Of a DNA stretch of 64,000 bases, positions 28,245-37,970 are shown piece by piece. The notes beneath the pieces were generated by a model, which was not told the DNA's origin, searched no databases, and saw only the letters and a list, made by a program, of their open reading frames with translations. This DNA is from Bacteroidota bacterium. GTDB taxonomy: Bacteria; Bacteroidota; Bacteroidia; Chitinophagales; Chitinophagaceae. The number at the start of each line of letters is the position of its first letter. The first letter of the stretch is position 1. The position numbers and the translations under genes were made by a program. The stretch is from positions 6,622 to 70,621 of the forward strand of contig CANFOM010000012.1 in NCBI GenBank assembly GCA_947448725.1, given 5' to 3'.

Positions 28245-31151
28245 TTATTTAGCAACCACTTTCATGACACCATTCATATTACGCCAATGACCTGGAAAAG
28301 AACATATATAAGGAAAGTCTCCAACATTATCTGGTACATTAATAACCATTGTATATGTTTTTTGAGGATTCACTAACGGAGTAGCATATAAAACCTCCCC
28401 CATCTTTGGTGTATAATTTAATTCAGCACCTCTTGGATCCATCGCAATTTTATCTGCAGCAGCACCAACTCTTTCCTTTGAACCTGGTCTTAAAATTAAT
28501 AAGTTGTGTTGCATGTAATCAATATTGATAAAATTTATCTTTACTGTGGTGCCTGCTTTAACAGTAAACTCTGTGACATCATATTTCATTTCGTTTTTAA
28601 TTACTGAAATATTTACTGTTTGATCAATGATAGTAGCCACTACATTTTTTTCTTTACTCATTTTTAAATGCGTGCCTCTTGCCGATCTCAAAGCCATATT
28701 AATCCATTTATCGTCGGCGTTTTCTTTCACTTTTAACATCTTATCCAAAATAGCATAAGCTTCAGCAGATGGCTTCATATCGGCAATCGCAATGACTGCT
28801 GCTAAACGCACTCTATAATCTGCATCTTCAAACACCTTTGCATTTTGATATGCTTTTAATGCAGTGGGTAATGCCTTAGTTACTTCCACTGCCGCTTTAC
28901 GAACGCCACCAGATGGATTGCTTAATGCTTTAGTTGCCGCTGCAATAGCACTTGCATTATTTTTTAATAAGCCTAAACCATGTAAAGTCCATAATGCATG
29001 AATCGCAGGTGCATTAACACCAGCAGCATCCACATTACTTGTATTGATTATTTTAATTAATGCTGGTGCAACAGATATGTCTTTATTTTCAACCAATAAT
29101 CTTTGTGCAGTGGTTCTCCAAAACATATTATTATTGGATAAGGCTTTTAATAAGCCCGCTTTATCATTTTTATCTAGACTGATGGGTGCATTCACCGGGC
29201 CATCCTTATACACTAAGCGATAAATACGACCGCGCTCATGATCTCTTAATGGGTTGATATGTGCATTACCCTTGCCATTTTCAAAACCTTTAGGTGTTGG
29301 GTTGTGTTGTATGATAAAATCATACCAATCCGTGATCCAAACATTCCCGTCAGGACCCACTTCTGATTGAATAGGAGCAAACCATTCATCCGCACTGGCC
29401 ACTAAATTCCAACCATCTCCTTTTTCTTTAAAACCAGAACCTACTTGCTCAATATAATTTTTATGTATCAATCTTCCGGTAGGCTCAGCTACCATAGCCA
29501 CTTTATTCCAAAAATCAGATGGATAATTTCTAGCAGTGTAAATACTTTGTCCAGCTGCTGCTGTAAAACCACCAAATACATCTACCTGTCTTAAATTTTT
29601 TGTAACCACATGCATTGCATAATGCGCATCAATTTTTTCAGTGCCCGATTTTTCTGGGTATACCTTTTTTAATACTCTCTTTGGAATACCAAAAAATACA
29701 CTATGCGTATTATTAGCAGTGGAAGCAAAAACATCAAATTCCTCCGAGAAACCTAGTCCCCAAGTATTATTGGTAGTACCTCCTAAAAATTCTATATCAT
29801 TTACTTTTTTTGTATTGGGTTTGAAGCTATAGATACCCATACTAAATGTGGTGGTATCTTTTCCTTTGACATTTAAATATCCAGAATAACCTACGGTGCC
29901 CCAAATTTTATTATCTAATCCATACCTTAAATTAGAAGGTCCTGCATGGGTATCAGTAATGCCCCAACCTGTTAAGATGGTATCTTTGATATCTGCTTTG
30001 TCATCGCCATTGATATCTTTTAAAAATAAAAAGTAAGGCATTTGTGCTACAACAATACCCCCATCTGAAAAAGTGAAACTAGTAGGGATATTTAATTTAT
30101 CTGCAAAAACAGTCGATTTATCGGCTTTGCCATCGTTGTCTGTATCTTCTAAAATAATAATTTTATCTTGCCCTCCTTCTTTATTTTCTCTCACTTCATT
30201 TGGATAATCAACTGTTTCAATTGCCCATAAACGACCTTTCTCATCCCAATTAATATAGATAGGATTGATGATCATAGGTTCAGAAGCAAAAAGTTTTAAA
30301 TCAAAACCTACAGGTACTTGAATAAGTGATTGAGATTCTACTGGATTTAAAGCCCCTTGATATTTAGGAGCTGGATCACGCTTCTCATAATTAGGAATGA
30401 TTGCATCCGTATAAGTAGGCTCAGCAATTTTAAAAGCTGCTAAGTTGGCTAATGCTTGATCATTGACTGCCCATAAAATTCCATTCTCCACCAATTGTAA
30501 AAATTGAGGATTGTTAAAAGTAATATCATCGTGGCCATAAGCAGTATAAAACACTCTTCCTTTTCCAATATTTTGTGTCCAAGTATAAGGTTCGTTTCTG
30601 TCCCCTTCCTTGCGCTCAGTAATCACGTTAATATTAGGACTTAAAAGGGTATGAATATAAGTTTCATCTTTAGTAAAAAAGGGAAGTACATTTTTCAATA
30701 ACGGGTTAGTGTTATCTTTAAAAATAGAAGGGAAAGAATCTATTCCATGTTTTTGAAATTGACCTCCAATCATTTCAACCACTTCAGGTGAATTTCTAAA
30801 ACAATACGAACCGCAATGCAATGGTATAAACCCTTTTCCATTTTTTACAAAATCCAACAAAGCTGTTGCATGCTCCTTGCTAATGGTATCGTAGTTGGCA
30901 TAAAGAATTAAGCCGTCATAAGGCTTCAAAGTTTTTTCGTTTAAGTCATTTATATCTGTAGTATAAGTGATATTAATTCCTTTTTTAAAATACTGTTTTG
31001 CTAATAAACTAGCCAACACATCAGAATTATGATGTTTGCTTGTATGCCCTAGAAATAAAAGCTCAAGACGTTTAGGCGATTGAGCAAATAACTGAGCAGA
31101 AATTACAAGGAACGTAAAAAGCGAAACAATTTTTTTTAACGACCAATTCAT
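28245..31151 (-). CDS. Four-module periplasmic protein: ThuA-like domain + PVC-type putative membrane-bound dehydrogenase domain (TIGR02604-like) + HEAT repeats + C-terminal azurin-like cupredoxin
   Basis: 968-aa ORF with a signal peptide. ThuA-like GKGFIPLHCGSY..GKGRVFYTAYGHD. Dehydrogenase-domain pattern LFASEP..GRLWAIETVDYPN..DTDNDGKADK. The type-1 Cu ligand set is HNLLI plus CSFPGHWRNM (28275-28304), with the azurin spacing C+5=H and C+9=M. Confidence 0.75.
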   Translation of the reverse strand: MNWSLKKIVSLFTFLVISAQLFAQSPKRLELLFLGHTSKHHNSDVLASLLAKQYFKKGINITYTTDINDLNEKTLKPYDGLILYANYDTISKEHATALLDFVKNGKGFIPLHCGSYCFRNSPEVVEMIGGQFQKHGIDSFPSIFKDNTNPLLKNVLPFFTKDETYIHTLLSPNINVITERKEGDRNEPYTWTQNIGKGRVFYTAYGHDDITFNNPQFLQLVENGILWAVNDQALANLAAFKIAEPTYTDAIIPNYEKRDPAPKYQGALNPVESQSLIQVPVGFDLKLFASEPMIINPIYINWDEKGRLWAIETVDYPNEVRENKEGGQDKIIILEDTDNDGKADKSTVFADKLNIPTSFTFSDGGIVVAQMPYFLFLKDINGDDKADIKDTILTGWGITDTHAGPSNLRYGLDNKIWGTVGYSGYLNVKGKDTTTFSMGIYSFKPNTKKVNDIEFLGGTTNNTWGLGFSEEFDVFASTANNTHSVFFGIPKRVLKKVYPEKSGTEKIDAHYAMHVVTKNLRQVDVFGGFTAAAGQSIYTARNYPSDFWNKVAMVAEPTGRLIHKNYIEQVGSGFKEKGDGWNLVASADEWFAPIQSEVGPDGNVWITDWYDFIIQHNPTPKGFENGKGNAHINPLRDHERGRIYRLVYKDGPVNAPISLDKNDKAGLLKALSNNNMFWRTTAQRLLVENKDISVAPALIKIINTSNVDAAGVNAPAIHALWTLHGLGLLKNNASAIAAATKALSNPSGGVRKAAVEVTKALPTALKAYQNAKVFEDADYRVRLAAVIAIADMKPSAEAYAILDKMLKVKENADDKWINMALRSARGTHLKMSKEKNVVATIIDQTVNISVIKNEMKYDVTEFTVKAGTTVKINFINIDYMQHNLLILRPGSKERVGAAADKIAMDPRGAELNYTPKMGEVLYATPLVNPQKTYTMVINVPDNVGDFPYICSFPGHWRNMNGVMKVVAK

Positions 31152-31287
31152 AGGATTTATTTTTAATAAGATTTACCAATTAAAGTATTCAAATATTTTG
31201 AGCATTAAATATATTGAAAATAGTCTAGCTAAAGTGTAAAATTTAAACTCCTTTAAAAGAAAGTAGTGGGACCGGCCTTAACCTATC

Positions 31288-32703
31288 TTACTGATTCACA
31301 ATAGGTTTATTGTCGGGGCAGAGTTTTTCGGACTCGTATTTCAATATGGTCTCGTATAACTTATTTCTCAAATTTGAAAGTATTTTAGCATACTTAGGCA
31401 GCCTTGCAAGGTTATGCTTTTCCAATGGATCTTTCTTTAAGTTATAAAGTTCTTCTGGCGCTTTAATATACTTATAATGAAAATACTTCCACTCGTTAGT
31501 TCGAATTCCTTCGCTGGAAGGAATAGCGGGCAATTTCCATAAATGTTCTATTAAGATAGAATCTCTGGAAGCAGTAATATTTCCATTTTTTAAATAGGGC
31601 ATTAGATTAATTCCTTGATAATTTTTGGGAGCTGGTATACCTGCTAATCCCAAAATGGTTTTACTAATATCAATATTAAGGGCCATAGCATCAATGGTGG
31701 CTGGCCGATGAATTCTTGGATCGTAAATAATTAAGGGTATTCGAATGGAAACATCATACATCAACCATTTATCTGCTAGTTGACGATCTCCTAAGAAATA
31801 ACCATTATCACTCATTACAATAATAATTGTATTGTCTTCGATTCCTTTTTCCTTTATTTGTTTTCTAATAAGCCCAATTTCGTCATCAATCTCAGTGATC
31901 ATTCGATAATAACCCTTTACCATATTTTGATATTTCTCAGGATTGTCAAATCTCCACTTCCATCTAGTTCTATTAAAACCCTCTCTTACCTCTTTAGGCA
32001 ATTGGTTAAAATAAATCGAGTCTCCCATAATAGGAGCAGGTATAGTTATGTTCTTATAAAGACTATCGGATTTTTGTTGCCAATAATATTGCTCTAATGA
32101 TTCATCATGGCCATGGGGGGCACTAAAAGATACAGAAAGACAAAAAGGTTGATCCGATGGCGCAGACTTTATAAATTCCAAAGCTTGATAACCCGAGTAC
32201 CTGGTAAGATGCACACTATCATTTCCTATTTTTTTATAAAAATAACCTGCTCTATTGGGTGACTCTCCCCGATCATAGAAATCACTCTTATTAAAATACT
32301 GACTGGGCGTATCCATCGTTACCCCTAATTTTCCAAAAAAGCCAACATAATACCCATTGTCCTTTAATATTTTAGGATACATGATTTCGGCATAAGGTTG
32401 TTGTAATCTTGGTTGTTGAAAAGTATAGCCATGTGTGCGTTCATACAAGCCAGTTAATATGGAAGCCCTGCTGGCAGCGCATATGGGTGTAGTTGAAAAT
32501 GCATTTTTAAAATAAGTTCCTGCTTTAGCCAATGCATCCATTTGCGGCGTGATGATCCTATTATTGCCAGCTACGCCTAATGCATTCCAACGTTGATCAT
32601 CTGTAAGTATAAAAATAATATTCGGCCTATTATTTTGAGCAAAAATAACAACAGGCATCAAACAAAAAACAAAACACCAGTATCGAAGCTTTGAATAGTT
32701 CAT
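31288..32703 (-). CDS. Formylglycine-dependent sulfatase (arylsulfatase family), secreted
   Basis: 471-aa ORF with a signal peptide. Metal site IIFILTDDQRWN. FGly motif TPICAASRASILTG (C-x-A-x-R). Confidence 0.9.
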   Translation of the reverse strand: MNYSKLRYWCFVFCLMPVVIFAQNNRPNIIFILTDDQRWNALGVAGNNRIITPQMDALAKAGTYFKNAFSTTPICAASRASILTGLYERTHGYTFQQPRLQQPYAEIMYPKILKDNGYYVGFFGKLGVTMDTPSQYFNKSDFYDRGESPNRAGYFYKKIGNDSVHLTRYSGYQALEFIKSAPSDQPFCLSVSFSAPHGHDESLEQYYWQQKSDSLYKNITIPAPIMGDSIYFNQLPKEVREGFNRTRWKWRFDNPEKYQNMVKGYYRMITEIDDEIGLIRKQIKEKGIEDNTIIIVMSDNGYFLGDRQLADKWLMYDVSIRIPLIIYDPRIHRPATIDAMALNIDISKTILGLAGIPAPKNYQGINLMPYLKNGNITASRDSILIEHLWKLPAIPSSEGIRTNEWKYFHYKYIKAPEELYNLKKDPLEKHNLARLPKYAKILSNLRNKLYETILKYESEKLCPDNKPIVNQ

Positions 32704-32709
32704 AGAAGT

Positions 32710-33543
32710 TTAATTACTTCCTTGATATAGAATAGGATTCAATGGGGAATTAACTGTTTCTCCAATGATAGCACCTGGGCACCAGGTATCCCAATCGTTT
32801 TGTTGATTTTTATTTTCAGGCGCTTTTAATTTCATATCCTTGTCCATGTAAATAATGGTCATCACTTTTCGCATTTCATTGCTTTTATTGGGACCTGCTC
32901 TGTGATACAGCCAGCCTTTATGAAAGCTTACCTCTCCTAAATCAAAGGGTTCTATGATATGTGAAAACCCTTTTGTTTTTAAAGCGTTTTCTAAAAATTG
33001 TTGGCTCTCATCACTTATTTCTTTATCTCTACCATCTAGCAATTGATCACTTCCGGCGCTGTATTCCAATGGCCCCCATGCCAATGGCGTAATTTGCAAT
33101 GGTATCCATGCAGTAACCGTTTTATCGGAGGCTAATGGCCAATAATACTGATCGGCATGCCAAGGAGTATGCCCACCACTTGGTTCTTTATATAAAGCTT
33201 GATCATGGTAAAGACGAACGCCATCTACCTCCATTAATTCAGTAGCAATTTTTGCTAATTTTTTTCCAAATACAATTTCTTTTACTATTTCAGAATTCTT
33301 CCAAATATTCATTATCTGTAAAAAAGCTTTGCCATAGGTATCTCTTTGCTCCATGGAAAGCACTTGTTTATTAAGTGCATTTACTTCGCTAGTGATAACC
33401 ACATTTAAAAAGTCAATCTCTTCTTGATTAAAAACATTTTTTAATTTAATGAAGCCATTATTCCTGTAAAAATTAATGTCTTTTTCAGAAAGCGAGTAGC
33501 TCTCGTTCATCCACTTGGCTATAGCCTCAGGCACTTTGTTCAT
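32710..33543 (-). CDS. Phytanoyl-CoA dioxygenase (PhyH) family Fe(II)/2OG oxygenase
   Basis: 277-aa ORF. HxD facial-triad context (TPWHADQYYW) and a distal His (FHKGWLYHRAGPN). Lies 6 nt upstream of the sulfatase gene. Confidence 0.7.
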   Translation of the reverse strand: MNKVPEAIAKWMNESYSLSEKDINFYRNNGFIKLKNVFNQEEIDFLNVVITSEVNALNKQVLSMEQRDTYGKAFLQIMNIWKNSEIVKEIVFGKKLAKIATELMEVDGVRLYHDQALYKEPSGGHTPWHADQYYWPLASDKTVTAWIPLQITPLAWGPLEYSAGSDQLLDGRDKEISDESQQFLENALKTKGFSHIIEPFDLGEVSFHKGWLYHRAGPNKSNEMRKVMTIIYMDKDMKLKAPENKNQQNDWDTWCPGAIIGETVNSPLNPILYQGSN

Positions 33544-33702
33544 ATGCTTTTGTTTATTGGTAGCTAAATTTAATAAAAAAATATATTAATGGCACCATAT
33601 TATATCAACTATTTCAACAAAAAGATTATTAAAATAAACTAATTTCAAGTTTGAGTTGCAATGCTTCCTGCAAACCCAATGAACGATTTGTTTAATTGAA
33701 AT

Positions 33703-34215
33703 TTGTATATGATCTTATTTGAAACAGAAAGGTATATAGTAAGGCGTTTTACAACGGCCGACAATGAGGATTTTTATCTCATCAATAGCCATCCAGATGT
33801 GATGAAGTTTATTCGCCCAGTAAAAAACAAACAAGAGTGTGCAATATTCTTAACTGAGAATATTCAACTTTATCAAGACGATTCTATTATTGGCAGGTAT
33901 ATGGTTATTGAAAAAAAATCAAGTTTATTGGTAGGCATTTTTTCCTTTTTATACCTTTCGGATAATTTAAATTATCATATTGGCTTTGCATTGCTTCCTG
34001 CCTTTTGGGGACAAGGAATTGCGCAGGAATTAGTTCAACAAGGTGTTGGGTATTTTTTTGAAAACACTTCTAAAAATGAATTATTTGCCATCACAGACGC
34101 TGCCAATAAAGCATCTCAAAATGTTTTGCTAAAAACAGGCTTCCTAACCGCCGAAAACACCCTTGAAAAAGAGCGCTTACTCGACTTGTTTGTTATAAGA
34201 AAAGAGGCGCTTTAA
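33703..34215 (+). CDS. GNAT family N-acetyltransferase (RimJ/RimL-like)
   Basis: 170-aa ORF with acetyl-CoA motif FWGQGIAQELV. The start could be Met1 or Met3. Confidence 0.75.
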   Translation: MYMILFETERYIVRRFTTADNEDFYLINSHPDVMKFIRPVKNKQECAIFLTENIQLYQDDSIIGRYMVIEKKSSLLVGIFSFLYLSDNLNYHIGFALLPAFWGQGIAQELVQQGVGYFFENTSKNELFAITDAANKASQNVLLKTGFLTAENTLEKERLLDLFVIRKEAL

Positions 34216-34384
34216 GCTTACTACTAAGCCGCTAAGGCATTGGATTAGGCAGTAGCTAGCCAATACCCTATAAATAATGCCCAAATTCAAATAAAATTTG
34301 AAATCCTAATAAAAAATAGTTTTATCTTCCAATACCAAATTTTGGACTTCTTTCTAATAATATTAAAAAAATAAAAGATTTAAG

Positions 34385-35800
34385 ATGATTGTATTTAAAA
34401 GAGGCATTCTTTGTGCATGCCTGATAGCAGCCAATGCGTTGGCTATTTCGGCACAAAATCAGCAGGGAACTGCTATTTCCCTCAACAACTTAGATGCGTT
34501 TCGCGCATCGGGTACCAACTGGTCAATCGGTTCTGATGCAATTGCGAATCCTAATACAAAAGGATCCATGAAAGCCATCGCAGGAACAGGGGTTCTGGTA
34601 GACGTACTCAATCCAAAAGACAATAAAGACATCCTCACCAAAGAAGAATTTGGAGATTTTGAATTGGAGCTAGATTTTATGATGGCAAAAGAATCTAACT
34701 CTGGTGTGTATATTCAAGCTCGTTATGAGGTGCAACTATTTGATAGTTGGACTAAATTGCATCCTGAATTTTCTGACTGTGGTGGAATCTATCAACGTTG
34801 GGATGATGCGCGTGGTAAAGGGAATGAAGGATATGAGGGAATTGCCCCACTTAACAATGCTGCTCGTGCACCAGGCTTATGGCAACACCTTAAAATAAGA
34901 TTTCAGGCCCCTCAGTTTAATGCTGCGGGAGTAAAAATTAGAAATGCACGTTTCCAAGAAGTGTATTTAAACGGTGTACTTGTTCAATTACAACAAGAAG
35001 TTACTGGACCTACCCGCTCCTCTGCTATAGTAGAAGAGAAACCATTGGGTCCACTTATGCTACAAGGAGATCACGGCAATGTGGCATTTCGTAATATTCA
35101 ATATAGACCCTTGGTTGAGCCTAAACAAAAAAAATCTGGGGACAACCCGATTCTAGTAAAGGCAGATGGTAAACCTTATTTACTTAGAAGCTTTATCAAT
35201 TATGGAGATAAAAAATTGACCCATGTTATTTCAGGCGGCTATCCTAATCTTTTAAATTTTTCTTACGACCTTAAACAAGGCGCACTCTTACAAATATGGA
35301 GAGGAGATTTTATGGATGTTACTGAGATGTGGTATGAGCGTGGCGAGCCTCAATTAGCAAAACCTTTGGGAAGTGTAATTACATTATCAGGAGCTCCTTC
35401 ACTTGCAGTCATTAGCGACCCTGCCAATGCCTGGCCTGATTCAATCGCCTTTGATGATTTAGTAAACAAGGGGTATACATTGGATAAAGATCGCTTTCCT
35501 AGTTTTGAATACGAATTTAAAGGCATCAAAGCCACCGATAAAATATCGGCACCCACTGCTAATTCCATCGTTCGTGAAATAAATGTTTCCAATGCTCCTG
35601 AAAATTTATATGCGAGAGTTGCATTTGGAAAAAATATAGAAAAAGTTGGTATGGGCCTTTATAGCATAGATGATAAATCTTATTATTTAAAACTTGATGA
35701 TGCTATTAAGCCTTTAATTCGTGAAACTGCTCACGGAAAAGAAATGTTAGTACCTATCGCCAATAATTCAAATTCACTAACTTATTCTATTCAATTTTAA
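34385..35800 (+). CDS. DUF1080 (3-keto-disaccharide hydrolase-like, concanavalin-type) domain protein with an unassigned C-terminal half
   Basis: 471-aa ORF with a signal peptide. DUF1080 pattern FELELDFMMAKESNSGVYIQARYEVQLFDSW ..HGNVAFRNIQY. Confidence 0.7.
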   Translation: MIVFKRGILCACLIAANALAISAQNQQGTAISLNNLDAFRASGTNWSIGSDAIANPNTKGSMKAIAGTGVLVDVLNPKDNKDILTKEEFGDFELELDFMMAKESNSGVYIQARYEVQLFDSWTKLHPEFSDCGGIYQRWDDARGKGNEGYEGIAPLNNAARAPGLWQHLKIRFQAPQFNAAGVKIRNARFQEVYLNGVLVQLQQEVTGPTRSSAIVEEKPLGPLMLQGDHGNVAFRNIQYRPLVEPKQKKSGDNPILVKADGKPYLLRSFINYGDKKLTHVISGGYPNLLNFSYDLKQGALLQIWRGDFMDVTEMWYERGEPQLAKPLGSVITLSGAPSLAVISDPANAWPDSIAFDDLVNKGYTLDKDRFPSFEYEFKGIKATDKISAPTANSIVREINVSNAPENLYARVAFGKNIEKVGMGLYSIDDKSYYLKLDDAIKPLIRETAHGKEMLVPIANNSNSLTYSIQF

Positions 35801-35853
35801 AACCCGTGCTACTCATCGGAGTGCAAATATTTTAACACCGTAATCTTTGAATA

Positions 35854-37938
35854 ATGACAATCAATAAAAAAATTATAGTTCTAAGTCTTTCTTTGTTGAG
35901 TATGCTTACAAGCATGCTTCAAACTCAAACCCTTCATGCTCAGGTTAAAAAAGACACGACTACTCGTATCCAAAAAGAAGAAGATTTCTACCCCATCAAA
36001 ACAGTTCAGATCCCTGCGGATGTGATTCTTGAAGTAGGTGGTATGGCATTTATGTCCAATGATCAGCTAGCTGTATCCACACGTCGTGGAGAAGTATGGA
36101 TCATATCTAACCCTTACATGAAGAATGGTCAACCACCCGTATATCGTTTATTCGCTCAAGGAATGCATGAAGTACTTGGATTAAATTATATTAATGGTGA
36201 CCTATACCTAACTCAACGTGCCGAACTAACTCGCTTACGTGATTTAGATGGTGATGGTATAGCGGATGAATACAAAACAGTTTATTCTTGGCCACTTTCT
36301 GGCAACTATCATGAATATGCCTATGGCCCAGTATTGGATAAAAACGGTGACATGGCAGTTAATTTAAACGTAGGTTGGATTGGTTTTGGTGCTAGTTTGT
36401 CCAAGTGGCATGGCTGGACCATCAAGATCAAACCTGATGGAACCATGAAACCATTTTTAACCGGACTTCGTTCTCCTGCTGGATTTGCGTTGAATGATAA
36501 AGGGGATATGTTTTATGCAGAGAACCAAGGAGATTGGGTAGGTTCGGGAAGTATTACCGAAATGGAAGAAGGAGATTTCATGGGTAATACCGCTGGACTA
36601 AGATGGGCTGCTGAACCAGGAAGTCCAGTTAAACTAAGAGTAAGCGATATTCCAGATAATAGTGAACCCAAATATGATGTAGCTAAAAGAGTTCCAGGAC
36701 TTAAAACTCCATCAGTATGGTTTCCTCATACCATTTTAGGTATTTCAACATCCGGTATCATAAGTTATGAAGACAAAGGAATTTCCACCCCTTATCAAGG
36801 TAAGATGGGACCTTTCTATGGCCAACTATTTGTAGGTGATCAAGGTCAAAGTAAATTGATGCGTGTTTACTTGGAAAAAATAAAAGGAGTGTATCAAGGA
36901 ATGGTATGGCCTTTCCGTGAAGGATTTTCTTCTGGTATTCTGAGAATGAATTGGGGATCTGACGGAAGCATGTTTGTTGGAATGACTTCTCGAGGATGGA
37001 GTTCGACAGGTGGTGGTCTTTATGGATTACAAAGATTAGAATGGAATGGAAAAGTTCCTTTTGAAATGAGAACCGTACAAGCAAAACCTGATGGATTTGA
37101 AATTGAATTTACAGAAGCTGTGGATGAAACAACTGTCAAAAACCCAGCCTCATGGGCATTGTCTAGTTTCACTTACCAATATCATCATCAATATGGAAGT
37201 CCTGTTATTAATCTTGGCGCTTGCCCTATTAAAGCCATTGAAGTTTCTGCAGATCATTTAAAAGTAAGACTAGTAGTAGATAGTATGCGATTGGGTTATA
37301 TACATGAAATTAGAGCAGCAGGTGTTCGCTCCTCAAATCAATATGCATTGCTTCATAACTATGGATATTATACACTTAATAATTTCCCAGATGGAGAAAA
37401 CTTAGTAATTAATGCAGATAATAAAGTAGCCCTTCCTTCTACTATGGATCATCACCACATGATGATGGAAATGCCAAAAAGTAAAGCTTCTGACGACAAA
37501 TCAGAATCGAATAAATTAAAACCAAGTAGTAAACATCAAACTAGACAACCTGCAAGTTGGACCAAAGGCCCAGATCAAGTTTTTGAAATTGGTACAAAAC
37601 CAGGTCTTAAATATGATCAAGAAGCGATAAGCGTAAAAGCAGGGTCAAAAGTAAAACTCATTTTCAATAATAATGATGACATGCTGCACAATTTAGTTAT
37701 CACGCTTCCTGGCACCGCCGATAAAGTGGGAAGACAATCATTAGCCTTGGGACTCAATGCAGAAAAATTTAATTATATCCCAACGACTACGGATATTTTA
37801 TTTCATACCATACTATTGCATCCTAAGGAATCTGATACTATATATTTTGTAGCTCCTACAAAACCAGGTGATTATACTTATATATGTACTTATCCGGGAC
37901 ACTATATAGTCATGAGAGGAATCTTAAAAGTTTTTTAG
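35854..37938 (+). CDS. Periplasmic beta-propeller dehydrogenase-like protein (sorbosone/glucose dehydrogenase-like fold) + His/Met-rich linker + C-terminal azurin-like cupredoxin
   Basis: 694-aa ORF with a signal peptide. Propeller-type DLDGDGIADEY. Linker MDHHHMMMEMP (37444-37476). Cu ligands HNLVI plus CTYPGHYIVM (37885-37914). Confidence 0.7.
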   Translation: MTINKKIIVLSLSLLSMLTSMLQTQTLHAQVKKDTTTRIQKEEDFYPIKTVQIPADVILEVGGMAFMSNDQLAVSTRRGEVWIISNPYMKNGQPPVYRLFAQGMHEVLGLNYINGDLYLTQRAELTRLRDLDGDGIADEYKTVYSWPLSGNYHEYAYGPVLDKNGDMAVNLNVGWIGFGASLSKWHGWTIKIKPDGTMKPFLTGLRSPAGFALNDKGDMFYAENQGDWVGSGSITEMEEGDFMGNTAGLRWAAEPGSPVKLRVSDIPDNSEPKYDVAKRVPGLKTPSVWFPHTILGISTSGIISYEDKGISTPYQGKMGPFYGQLFVGDQGQSKLMRVYLEKIKGVYQGMVWPFREGFSSGILRMNWGSDGSMFVGMTSRGWSSTGGGLYGLQRLEWNGKVPFEMRTVQAKPDGFEIEFTEAVDETTVKNPASWALSSFTYQYHHQYGSPVINLGACPIKAIEVSADHLKVRLVVDSMRLGYIHEIRAAGVRSSNQYALLHNYGYYTLNNFPDGENLVINADNKVALPSTMDHHHMMMEMPKSKASDDKSESNKLKPSSKHQTRQPASWTKGPDQVFEIGTKPGLKYDQEAISVKAGSKVKLIFNNNDDMLHNLVITLPGTADKVGRQSLALGLNAEKFNYIPTTTDILFHTILLHPKESDTIYFVAPTKPGDYTYICTYPGHYIVMRGILKVF

Positions 37939-37970
37939 TAGTCTAACATTAATATAAATAATACCTAATT

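Noticed and set aside
32710-33543. PhyH-family dioxygenase as the missing PhnY* partner of the PhnZ at 9.5 kb
   Set aside because: PhnY* is, as I recall, a 2OG oxygenase of this broad type, so the idea is tempting. However, this gene is 22 kb away and is separated by only 6 nt from a sulfatase in a different operon. I cannot verify PhnY*-specific residues by eye, so the link is not supported without phylogeny or assays.
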